Shown here: piece after piece, positions 44,401 through 55,773 of the stretch
How positions within the stretch are numbered: the first letter of the stretch is position 1
Layout: each line of letters starts with the position of its first letter
Assembly (NCBI RefSeq): GCF_000315625.1
Contig: NW_005434610.1
Coordinates: 170,265 to 234,264 of the forward strand
DNA length: 64,000 nt
Reading direction: 5' to 3'
Source: Guillardia theta CCMP2712
Taxonomy: Eukaryota; Protista; Cryptophyta
Position numbers and translations under genes: made by a program
The notes under the pieces: generated by a model
The model's database searches: none
What the model was told of the DNA's origin: nothing
What the model saw: the letters and a program-made list of their open reading frames with translations, nothing else

Positions 44401-45479
44401 TCAGTAAGTACATATGAGAGCCCGTGTTATGAAAAAATGGTCAAGAATTGGGAGCGGGGAACGAGAATGACAATGAAAACGCATGAGAAGAGTGGACGAG
44501 AAAGCAGCAAGAGCACTCCATGAGGAAATGTGAAAGGGGAAAGGACTCGGACAATGTGGAAGGAGGGAGATGAGGTAGGAGAGACAGCAGGGGTGAGTTG
44601 GGTAGCTGACTGATGGACGGGAAGGTTGGACAAGGAGATGAAAGAGATCGAGGGAAATGGGAAAAGGACATGAGGGGGACGAAAAAGGATTAACAGGAGG
44701 AGGAGAGGAGGAGAGGAGAGGAGAGGGGCAGAGGGGGAGAGGGGGAGGGGGAGAGGAGGAGAGGAGGAGACGATTACAGGAGAGGAGACGATTACAGGAG
44801 AGGAGAGGAAGAAGAGGCAGGAGGGAGGGAAGTTGTGTGTGCATTTCTGCATTAATTCGCTTACCGCCAGAAGCGACCTTGAGCATGCGGGTGAACATAG
44901 CGGACGACTGAAGGGACAACTGGCGGTTCAAACTTTGAAACTTTAAAGTTTCTGAGCTAACTTTATCAGAGTGGAATGTTGAGAAGTTGAACTTGCCGAA
45001 ACTTGACTTGAGTGACTTGAAACTCGGCCGGGCGGACTGAGCGGCCCGGCCGTCCGCCGATCATCGGATGACGGTCAGTGACTCTTCCGGGATGCGGCAT
45101 GCTTCGGAACTCACTTTCGGCAAGCGGCCAAAGGCGGCAGCCGGGCCAGTGATCAGACCCCGGGCTCGACGGGCACCGTCCGGGCCCCGTCCGACACTGG
45201 CCGGGCGGCAGTCGGAGCCGCCCGGCGGGCGGCCGCCGCCCCGGTGCCGCGGTGGCTCGGACCGAGCCTCAGTGTGACGGTGGGCGGGCCCGCGCGCATT
45301 TGAACTGTCACTCGGAACTTCACGGTCCACCGTGACTCTCGGGCTGACGCACCGCGCGGCCCGCATGTCGGAACTGTCGGTCCCGGATCTGCCCGCGGCG
45401 GCGGCCGCGACTCTGACTTGCTAGGACGGTGGAGTGAGTAACCGGTATATGATGCGATATGGATGACGTGGCACATATA

Positions 45480-45553
45480 GCTTCCGTAGCTCAGTCGGTC
45501 AGAGCGAACGGCTGTTAACCGTTAGGTCGCAGGTTCGAGCCCTGCCGGGAGCG
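45480..45553 (+). tRNA. tRNA-Asn (GTT), intronless
   Basis: Acceptor GCTTCCG/CGGGAGC, D arm TAGCTCAGTCGGTCAGAGC, anticodon arm AACGG-CT-GTT-AA-CCGTT, T loop GGTTCGAGCCC. Confidence 0.97.
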
Positions 45554-45561
45554 AGAAAATC

Positions 45562-45566
45562 TTTTT
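45562..45566 (+). terminator. Pol III oligo-T terminator
   Basis: TTTTT 8 nt after the tRNA. Confidence 0.7.
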
Positions 45567-45879
45567 GTGAGGGATTGTTGAAATGGCGAGAGAGCGCGGG
45601 GAAGGAGGCGTACTTTTTGCAGGAGGACGAGGAAAGCACGAGCAGAAGCACGAAGACGAGAGGACGAGGACGATGGGAACAACAAGAACGGGGAGGGGAA
45701 GCACGAGGACGAGAGGACGAGAGGACGAGAGGACGAGAGGACGAGGACGATGGGGAGGGGAACGACGAGGACGAGGGGGGTAGCAGGACGATGAGCAGGA
45801 GGGGGAAGAAGCAGACGATTCATACTGTGCACTGACTTATGATCGCATGCAGCGGCCGCTGTTCCATCGTCTCCTCCTC

Positions 45880-47731
45880 ATGTGCTGCCTGGACGGGTGA
45901 GGAGTTGAAAGTGATGCTTCTGTTTAAATTGCCGCTGTAAGGGAGGAGACGGATGTACAGAAACAGAACAGGCAGGAGCGAGTGAAGGACGTCGGCTTCA
46001 TCCTCGTCTTCTTCCTAACGTGGGAGCTGGTGGTGGCGACGTGTTTCCTCCTCACTCCCGTTCCTTGCAGCGCCCTGCTCCTCCTGGCCACCATAGGAGC
46101 CTGGCTGGTCATTATACCTAACTTCGCCTCCCTCGTCTCCCTCTCTCCGGCCATCCTCTCCTTCCTGGTGGCACACCATGCCATGTACGAGCACGCACAG
46201 CGAAGGGGGAGGCTGATGATGAACGAGGAAGATGCAACCTGTCTTTGCTGCGCTGCTGGAGGACAGCGACCGTTCGTCCCCCTGGCGACTTCAAACAATC
46301 ATGTGAGATGGTCGGAGGCGAGGAGGAGGGGCGAGACAGGAGGCAGCAGGAGAGGAGAGGCAGCAGAGGAGAGAGGCGAGAGGGTAGAGGGAGAGAGAAG
46401 GGAGGAGGGATGCAAGGAAGGAATGGGAGGAGGAGCAGGGGGTACAGCAGGCAGCATGCAGCTGGGACTGACTCCTCTTCAGCCCCGAGCTCGGTGATCA
46501 AGAGGAGGAGGGGGGCCACCCCCTACGACTTCGCCGCGTTCGAGCTGATGAGGAAGCGGCCCTGCGACAAGTGCATGTCGCTGTCGGGGTGGGAGGAGGA
46601 GGAGAGCGACCGATGGCATCACTGTGGAGTGTGAGGAGCTGGGAGGATGCTGGAGGCGGGAAGATGAGGGAGTTGCTGGTGCAGGTGCAAGAGGTGCGTC
46701 CCCAGGATGGACCATCACTGCCCCTGGCTCAACCAGTGTGTGAGTCTCAGCTCCTCCCCTTCCTCAGCCTCTCCCCCTCCTCATCCTCCTCGCCCACGCT
46801 GTCCCTTCCCCTCCTCTACTTGACCTCCTCCTCCGCTTGATCTCCTCCTCCTTCACTTGTTCCCCCCTCACCACCTTGCGTCATCCTCTCGCAACCTACA
46901 CTTGCGCAAACCCTCTCCTGTTCGCTCCCCTTCCCCATGCAGCTCTTCTGCCTACTCCTCGCTCTTCATTTGACCTCTCTCACATGCCGTTGCAGATCGG
47001 TCGGGACAACTATCGGTACGTCTCACGTCCCCTTCCTGTTGCCTCTGACCCTCCTGGACCTCCTGCCTCTTGCTCCCCTCCACTAGTCCACATCTCCTCC
47101 TCGTACTTGACCGCACTTGCTCTTCTCCTTCCTCCGCTCCCTCTCTTCAACTCTCCTTTTTCCCTCTTCTCCCTGTTGACCTCCTCCCTTCTCTTGACAT
47201 GACGATCAAGGGATTATGTTCTCGTGCTCCTCGTCTTCCTCTACTGCTCCATCTGGATGCTCGGCATGTCGGTGAGCTCAGCTCTCCTCTCTCCTCTCTC
47301 CTCTCTCCTCTCTCCTCTCTCCTCTCTCCTCTCTCCTCTCTCCTCTCTCCTCTCTCCTCTCTCCTCTCCCTCCTCTCTCCTCTCACCTGTCTCCCCATGC
47401 CCCTCATCCTCCACTCACCCCAGGCTCTCATCGTCTTCGACAAGTCTAAGACCTTCGAGCTCCCGGCCGGGCCCAAGGGGCTACTCTGGTTTCAACAGCT
47501 CCTCCACCTCCTCTCCCGCGACCTCGTCTTAGCCAGGAGCATCCTCATGTCGGTGAGCCCGATCCCGCAACATCGCGAGCGCTCGAGCGCGTGAGGCTGC
47601 GGCAGGTCTTGTGCTTCATCGCGCTCCTCATCTGCGGACCTCTTGCAGGCTGGGCTCTGCTCCTCGCCTGGGTGAGCAAACGACCTACTCCTCCGCCCTT
47701 TCCTCCTCTCCCTCATCATCATCAACATCAA

Positions 47732-47771
<40 letters not shown>

Positions 47772-48305
47772 TTCAACATCAAGGATCACAACAACAATAT
47801 CGCTGATGTCCTCGCCATCATCTGCTCCTCCCCTTCCCCTTCTTCACACTCTCCTCAGGCAGGCGTCTCCAACGTCGACTTCATGAAGAATATCAGGAGC
47901 AAGCTTCAAGGGGTGGTACTTCCCTCCTCCCCAGCCCCAGGGTCTACCTGCTCCTCATCCCCATCCTCCTCCTCATCCCCATCCTCCTCCTCGTCCCCAT
48001 CCTCCTCCTCGTCCCCATCCTCCTCCTCGTCCCCATCCTCCTCCTCGTCCCNNNNNNNNNNNNNNNNNNNNNNNNNNNNNNNNNNNNNNNNNNNNNNNNN
48101 NNNNNNNNNNNNNNNNNNNNNNNNNNNNNNNNNNNNNNNNNNNNNNNNNNNCCCTCCATCTGACCATCAGCAGCACCACCAGACCCCCCAGCTCGACGCG
48201 TCATCATCTGAGGGCATCAACGGTCTTATTGTAAAGAAAGCAGCAGCACTTGTATCCAATGACTGCACGAGATCGTTCACGAGGACACGGCGGCAAGGAC
48301 CATAG
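45880..48305 (+). CDS. DHHC palmitoyl acyltransferase 2, multi-exon
   Basis: TM-rich first exons, RPCDKC...RWHHCG, CKRCVPRMDHHCPWLNQC, IGRDNYR, GVSNVDF. Confidence 0.85.
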
Positions 48306-51300
48306 GGCGAGCTTGCACGATATGAACCTGCGGCTCCTTGCTGTCCAGCACCACCACACCCTCCACGTCCTGCTCCGTCCCTCGCTCCTTGGCCAGCAGC
48401 ATCACAGCCTTGGCGATCCTCTTGATGAGCGATGAGCGAAGAGCCTCGTCGGTGTGGAGGGGGATAGATGAGTAGTCGATCACCTCCTCCTTCAGCTCCT
48501 TCCCCTTCCCGTCCGCGGGCACGAGAGCGAAGGAGAAGCTCGCGAGGGAGGAGACGGCGGCCTCTCCCTTGGACTTGTCGTAGGTGAAGCGATACGGAGT
48601 TCCTGCCTGCCCTGCACTTGCCAGCGTCTCTCCCATCCCGACGCACATCTCGATGTAGACCTGGTTGGGATCGCGGGTGATGGGGTTGGAGGAGAAGGCG
48701 ATGAAGGATAGGTCCCCTGCCACCATCTGCTGTACCAGCACTCCCATCACCGCTTCCTCGTGCTTCAGCCCAGCTGACCTCCTGCTGAGCGCTGCTCGCT
48801 TCGTCCACAAGCTCTGCCACACTCTCGAGATGGCAGATGCGAGCGCCTCCTCCTCCTTCACCTCCACGTTCGCGATGGAGTCGTACAGCCCAGCTCCGCT
48901 CACCTTCTGCAGGTCCTCGCAATTCGCGCTTGAACGCACCATTACTCGCGCGTCAGCTGGGAACGATCGCATGATCGCACTCGTCACGTCCTTGGGCACC
49001 TTCCACTCCGACGATGCGAACGATCGCATTCTCGCCGCCAGCTCCTCCGCCAGCTGCCCTGACGTTGCCTGCGCGTCGAACTCCTTGGCCTGCTCCACGT
49101 ATCGCCCCCAGCTGGGCTTGGCAGCTTTCATCATGACTCCGAAGGGCAGGGCACAGCCGGGCGGAGCCTTGAAGTCAGCTCCTCCCTTGGCTGCGATCCT
49201 CGAGATTTCCCCGGCGGCTGCCGACTTGGCTCCACATGTCTCCTCCGACGCCTTCTCGCACGCCAGGACCTCCGAGACCGTCAGGTCCGCGTTCGACTGC
49301 AGGTCAACCACTGCAGCCGCCTCCTCCTCCTGCCCCCTCTCGGGCCTCAACTCCGTGCGCGACACTGTGACTGAGCCTCCGACATTCACGTTGAGCTCCA
49401 CAAATTGACCCCAGCTGGAGCCTTGCTTGCCCTTGAGCTCCTTGAACGCCTCAGGGCCATCGCTGCAAACGAACACAACACCCTGCTGCCTTGCCCGCAC
49501 GCCCAAGTGAGAGAGGAGGGGGAGTTCCTCCGCCAAGACGATGCCCTTCACAAACGGCGGAATATCTTCATCTCCCTGCTCACAGCTCAAGGTCAACAAC
49601 GGAAGAAGAGGAGGAAGGGGGGGAGGAGGGAAGCAGAGCAGGAAGGAGGTTCCCGAAGGGATAAGAGGGACAGCCATGTTGGGAGGGGAAGGAGGAGGAA
49701 AGAGAAGATGGGAGGAAGGAAAGGAGCGTCAAATCGCAGCACCTCTGCATGCTCCAGGAAGGCAATCAGAGGCTCCGTTTCTCCTCCCTTGTGATGATCC
49801 AGCAAATTGGCGAGACTTTGATGCTCCACCAGCCGCCCCGCTGCTTTTCCAGGCTGCAGGGCCGCCCAGGGAGGAGCGTTCATGGCCTTCTTGGCGAACT
49901 TGATGGAGGCTGTAAGGATGCGGGAGAGCTGGAAGACGACGCTTGCTCGGACCTCCGCCTTGCAGGGGGCGAGAGACGTTAGAGGAGAGAGAAGAGAGGG
50001 GCAGGCGCTACCTCGACGAAGACAGCAGCAGCGTGAGGGTCAACCTGAAGCGAATTGCCGAGCGGTCCGACGTGGGCGAGGAAGAGGTCCTGCATGGCGT
50101 CGGAGAACGAGGTGCACAGGCGAACTGCGAGAGGGTGAGGAAATTGTCTTGTTCCGCTCTCCTTATGACTCACTTGAGCGATCTAGCCAGGCCTTGAGCC
50201 GATGGAGGTTGAGGGAGGAGGACGAGAGCATCGCTTCTCCCTGTTGACAACCCAGTGAGCGATAGCTGGAAGCGCAGGATTCATCGCTACCTCCTTCCTC
50301 AACGCTTCTGCTTCTTTCACATCCACGGACTCGGAAAGGTATCCGTTTTCAAGCGCGCCTATCGCCGCCTCCACTGCCATCTTCCAGTCCAAGTTCGCTC
50401 CTTGTCCTTCTAAGATCTGAGCTGCCTCGGCCAGTAGCACAAAGGCAAACTGAGAGCAAGTGAGAATAGCAGTAAAATCGATCTCCGTGAAGAAGCAGTG
50501 ACGGGATCCTCGTCTCAACCGTCTGCCTGTCTTCTTACCTGCTCCAACGAGACGTCGGTCAGTCTTGCTCGCTGCTTCGCCTCGCCATGTGGGACAGTGG
50601 AGATGAAGGAGTCAAAGTTCTTTCTGAGCTTGATCAGCGCCTTCAACTTCGCACGGAAGTCTGAGCTCGTCCTGTTTCCATCGTGGTACAAGCAGAAGGC
50701 AAAGTTCAGACGATGACGCGTCAGTGAGCAACATTCGTACCTCTTCTGCGACAAGAACTCATCTATCAGCTTGATTCCTTCCGCATTTGGTTCTCCCTTG
50801 CCCTTCATCTCCGTGAGGCGATCCTCGAGCCCACCAGCATTGAAGAATTCTCTCAGCTCAACCTGCCTCAATCAATCAACGCGGGCTAGGCCCTTTAAGA
50901 GGTCAAGAGACCATGAAGATGCGCATCTGCTCCATGAAGGCCGCGCTGTAATGTCCTGATTCTGCCTGCTTCATGATCCGTTCGGCAGTCACGAGGTCCT
51001 CCTGCAAGGGGCGTCAATGGCATGGCAATGGCGTCGAAATGGCAACCGGGCCGGCACATCTGTGCAGCTTGTTCTGCAGGTTGTGCTTGATGTCGTCTTT
51101 CATTTCCTTTGGAATGTCAGAGCGATGGGCAATGTCTCGGATCCTTGTCAGGGGGACCTTTCGACACCATCACACAGAGAGCAAGGAAAAGAAGATTTAA
51201 ATTGCACTTGAGCTGTGTAAGCCGACGAATATGACGGGAGGAGAGGATGAATTTTGCGGATCACTATCATGACAGTCAGGGAGCAGACGAAAAACGAGGG

Positions 51301-53107
51301 ATAGAAGTTACCGTAAGCATTTTCAGGAGTTTTTTTAATCTTGTCAAGCGCCTCGTCGATCGCACTGCAGATAGACGAATGTTACAATCATGCGGATAAA
51401 AACAGCAAGGCGGAGTGGGACAGATGAGAAAAGATTCGATGCGGAGTGCACAAGATAAGGAAGACTTCATGCCTGGCCATCATTGAATGGTGGTTCGGCC
51501 GATAATGCCGCCCATCCTCTACGCATGTGACCTAGAAGGAGGGAGGCGAGGCGAGGAGGAGGAACCAGGGAAGAAGGGGGGAAAAAAATGTCACAAACCT
51601 TGCTAACATCGCATGCCGATTTGGGCGGTTGTGCCCTCCCACATCGTAACAAGGAACCTAATCTTTCTACTCAATCGCTCATCACATTCTTGTGGATCGG
51701 AGGAGAAATGAACAATCCTCTTCTGGAAATGACAACTGAAGCTCTGTTGGCTCCAGGTTGAAATCACCTGCCCCGTGCTGAGGAAGTGCAGGTATATGGC
51801 GATCATCGCAAGGTGGGAAGTTTCCGGTTCTTGCTGATTGAAACCAGATGCCGTCGCAAGATCTAAAGGACTATTCAGTACCACCAGGAGTGCATGGATC
51901 TGAATCACTCTTATCGTAGAAAAGTGTCTTCACAAATTCCAGCTTCTGCCGCCATGATCCCTACAAACATCAATGGCATCAGATATTGTTCGATGGAGGC
52001 AATAAGATTCTACATTCTCTTGGTTTGCCTTCACGATCGCAGCACCAAACTTGTCAAGCTCTTTGGAAGTTATCTGCCAGTCGACATGCCCTGCAAAACT
52101 TTGACCTTCCCTTCTTGACAAAACTCAGAACCGACCCGAAGGCTTATGGTCGTCCCTCTTGCTCGTTCCGTGGCTTCTCTCGATCTGAAATGGAAAAGTC
52201 AAGACGGAACAGGCGCCATATGTGACGAATGAACAACAGCAAAGCTGCAAACAAAAGTACTGATGATGCCACGAGTCGTGATCACCTTGCTCGACGAATG
52301 CGAGTGGCTACCGGATCCTCCAGCGTCAATGCCGACGGGAGAATCGTGAAATTCTCCCTTTGAGAGCACGTCCGATGTGACCTTGGGGATGGTGACCTTG
52401 ATAGGCGAGCAAAGAGCACAGGAGTAGCCACCGTCAGCTTGCGATTCGACGAGCTTCCTTGTCCCTCCCATCGCAGGACCTTCCCTGAGTCACCAATGAT
52501 GCAGTACCTGAGAAAGAAAGCAAGGTCAAACCACACAAAGGTGAGGTCAATCCATAGGTTTTGAACGTCAAGACGTGGCGGGTGATCATGAACGGCAACG
52601 ACCAGGCTCGAAGAAACACTCACTTGTACTCGATGTTCTCGCCTTCATTCAACGAAACGCTTGCCTTCCACTTCGGAAAGTCTGAGGAGGCGATGACGGC
52701 AGGCGATATTCCGATACTCTCCTCGCTCACCTTTTCCATCCATCTTGATAGGGTTCTTCCATCGCCCCAAAGAATCACAGGATCCCACAAGACCTTCCAA
52801 TCTTAGTCTCAGCTCACGACTATGAACCAAGTTCTTCACCAACACACTCCCCGAACTTCGTGCTGTCGCAAGTCGTGACAAACTTCACGTTTGAGCCGCC
52901 GCCTCGCAGGTTTCTGTGACGGGGGAAACATTGTTGAGTCAGAGGATAACGACTTGGAACATCGGCTCACAGTCTGCTGCTGGAAGAAACTGCACTCCCC
53001 GGCTGAAATCGCCATCGGAGGCTGTCGCTGCTTATCTCACTGCATGAGCACTTTGCGAGCAGGAATGAAACCAAGAGTGCCAGGGCTCCGGCGATGAAAC
53101 TTCGCAT
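48277..53107 (-). CDS. PWD: Phosphoglucan, water dikinase (GWD3/PWD type): signal peptide, CBM20, phosphohistidine and PPDK-like nucleotide-binding domains
   Basis: CBM20 VKF...TKFGECVGLVGSCDSLGRW; VPLTRIRDIAHRSDIP, KHNLQNKLHRCAGP; LPLLSHLGVRARQ phospho-His; VRSSANCEDL...SGAGLYDS, QDVEG, VQARP. Confidence 0.92.
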
Positions 53108-53991
53108 TTTCGGTCTGAATGAGCACAGTCAAATAGCCGGTTTACCAAGTTGAATGACAATATCTCTTCATTTATCACACACTCATCTTCCATCACATTC
53201 CATAGTCTATCACAAGTGTTGTCTTGTCTCCCCTCCTTCTCCTGGACATCGTCATCAACTTGTGCATCCTGCCTCTCGTACATGTGCTCCTTCTCCTGAT
53301 CCTTCCCCTGATGCTCCTCCTCGTCATGCTCCTGCTCCTTTGTCTGTTCCTCCTGCATTCTTGCGTCCTTCCAGCATCACCCCACCCCATCAGATGATGA
53401 TCCTGTGATGACACTACCCTCATATCTAACTAAAACGTACCCGTGATTACATGTAAAAAATACTACCCCACCCCACAGATCCTGACAAAGATCCGATTAG
53501 GGAACGCGATGGAGGAAAAGCAGTGAGGGAGAGAAAAAACAGCAAGGAATGTTGCTGGTAATCTTCATGACAATGAATAGAACTGAGCATTTTTGCGAAC
53601 AAGCTTGACTTCAGTGCTGAATGTGTCAGGATTAGGAAGCAGGAGCTCATTCAGGAAAGTATGAGATGCAAGCTCCCTTCGTACTCCTCAAGGTGAACAA
53701 GGCATGTGCTGTGATGAAAGACAAGTGCATTACAGGGGATTCGAACAGAGGTGATAGAGAAATGATTGGTGAAAGGGGAATCATGAAAGTGAAGGTCAAG
53801 GTCGATCACTCAAAAGAAGTAACATTCTCGATCCTACATCATCCGGGCAAGAAGAGAAGGAATCGCTACGGATGATCTCCAATGGGTCGAAAGAGAAGAG
53901 GTGTACGCCAAACACTGAGTCATGTGGTACATACAATCATCTAAATTAAATCGTCTATAGCGCATAAAGAATAACTCCCGGGGTTGCAAAA

Positions 53992-55773
53992 TCATTGTTC
54001 AACCAATTTCCCAAACTCCCTTTCCATACCTTCGAAAGAAGGTCTTGCCATCGCATTTCTGTCCCAGCAGCTGGAAATGATTTCATTCACATCCTCACCA
54101 CCGTTGTGAGGATTTCCCAACGTGCTCCCCTCCTGCAACACTGCTTCTCTCACCTCGTGATCTGATTTCATCTGGTAAGGCATGTCTCCGTCCGACCACA
54201 TCTCCCACAGCACCACACCGAAGGACCAGACGTCGCCGGGCACGGAGAGCAGACCAGTTCGTAACACTTCAGGAGCCATCCATCTTATGGGTGTCGCTAT
54301 CTGCACCGTATCCCCTGTGGCTCCTCCGAGGCTCTCCGCGCCCCTCAGGATCTCGAAGAGCATATAGTCTCCAACCTTCACCTTCGTCTTCGTGTAGTCC
54401 GTCGGGTCGAAGGACTCGACGTGGATGTGCTTGGCCGCAAGGTTGCCATGAATCACTCCACAACAGTGCAAGTGATGCATACCAGAGCAGATCTGCCTTG
54501 CCATCTGCATCATGTTCTTCGTGTGCGTCTCATCCTCCTCCTTGTCTGCCAGCTGAAGCAGAGAGTCTAGAGTTCCCATCGAAAGATTTTCCACCACCAA
54601 GAGAAGCTCCCTCTCCAACACTGACGAAACTCCGATGATGTCAAGAACATGATCGTGCATTTCAAGATTATTGAGGCGATTCAGATCTGAGTTGACTCGG
54701 GCAAGTCGCCAGTCTTGCATGTCACACAAGGAAAGCAAGGTGACTCGCTTGGACACACCCTCTCCTGAGACCAGTTTCGCGAATCTGAATGTCTTGTAGT
54801 TTGTAAATCTGAAGGGTTCGGTCACATCCGAAAAATCCTGAAATTCAATCAGAGGAAACGAATGCATCTGAAGCCCGCTTCCACGGGGTAAAGGTGCTGT
54901 TGGCATCTGAAACTCTTGAGGAGAAATTTGTCTGTTCACTAGGGACGTCTGATTCCATGGACGGAGTGGCCCGGGTGCATAGGCCAGCTCTGAGGATGTT
55001 TGTGCAACCATCGTTTGCGTTTGAGCTCGAGCAGGGAGTTTCCTCAGCATCAGCAGCAGGATGAATAGAATCACCAGCGCTGACGTCGCCCCCACAATGA
55101 CGACGGTCAAGGAACCTAGCGGCACCCACAGGCACGAATCCGATTCAGGCTCAGCATACAGCATGCCGGGGAAGCAGCGCCTGCACGACACCGAGGAGGT
55201 TCCATTGGGAGGAGCGAAGTAGCCCGAGGGACAGGAGAAGCAAGAAGTCGCAGCCTCCGTCCTGGAGTACGTCCCGCTAGGGCAATTCTGACAGACCCCT
55301 TGACTCGAGTTGAGGAATGTGCCAGGAAGGCAGGCTAGGCAAGATCCACTGGCATTGATCATGTATCCTTCCCTGCACGTCGTGCAAGTTGTTGCCGCAA
55401 CACCCGAGTACTTTCCTTCTGGGCAGCTCCGACAAAACGTTGCTGATGTAGAGGTCTGGAACGTTTGTGCCGAACAGTTCTTGCAAGTTCTGTCTGGTGT
55501 CAAATATTGACCTGGCAGGCATGAAGGCGCAAAGAAGAATTGCCGGGATTGCACTGTCTTTATCCCTCCCATTAGGTCGCCATAGCTTTCTGAGCACGAC
55601 GTATCAAGTGTGCTCGCCTTCTGATCGATACAAGACAACATCTTTTGATGTTCAAGAGCATGCATTGGATCTGAACCGACCACTAATCGGATATACAGTA
55701 ACAGCGTAATAGCTGTCTGCATAGATCCAGGCATCCGAGGCTTGAAAGGTGATAGACCAGTTACAGACGGCAT
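53992..55773 (-). CDS. Intronless receptor-like tyrosine-kinase-type pseudokinase with Cys-rich (GCC2/GCC3, ephrin-receptor-like) ectodomain
   Basis: Hydrophobic N-terminus, CxxCPxGxY repeats, TM LTVVIVGATSALVILFILLLML, IHGNLAAKHI, KVGDYM, PIRWMAPE, DVWSFGVVLWEM, CW...RPSF. Confidence 0.88.
   Translation of the reverse strand: MPSVTGLSPFKPRMPGSMQTAITLLLYIRLVVGSDPMHALEHQKMLSCIDQKASTLDTSCSESYGDLMGGIKTVQSRQFFFAPSCLPGQYLTPDRTCKNCSAQTFQTSTSATFCRSCPEGKYSGVAATTCTTCREGYMINASGSCLACLPGTFLNSSQGVCQNCPSGTYSRTEAATSCFSCPSGYFAPPNGTSSVSCRRCFPGMLYAEPESDSCLWVPLGSLTVVIVGATSALVILFILLLMLRKLPARAQTQTMVAQTSSELAYAPGPLRPWNQTSLVNRQISPQEFQMPTAPLPRGSGLQMHSFPLIEFQDFSDVTEPFRFTNYKTFRFAKLVSGEGVSKRVTLLSLCDMQDWRLARVNSDLNRLNNLEMHDHVLDIIGVSSVLERELLLVVENLSMGTLDSLLQLADKEEDETHTKNMMQMARQICSGMHHLHCCGVIHGNLAAKHIHVESFDPTDYTKTKVKVGDYMLFEILRGAESLGGATGDTVQIATPIRWMAPEVLRTGLLSVPGDVWSFGVVLWEMWSDGDMPYQMKSDHEVREAVLQEGSTLGNPHNGGEDVNEIISSCWDRNAMARPSFEGMEREFGKLVEQ

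Noticed and set aside
48665-49408. 247-aa plus-strand ORF
   Set aside because: Antisense shadow of the GC-rich PWD exon
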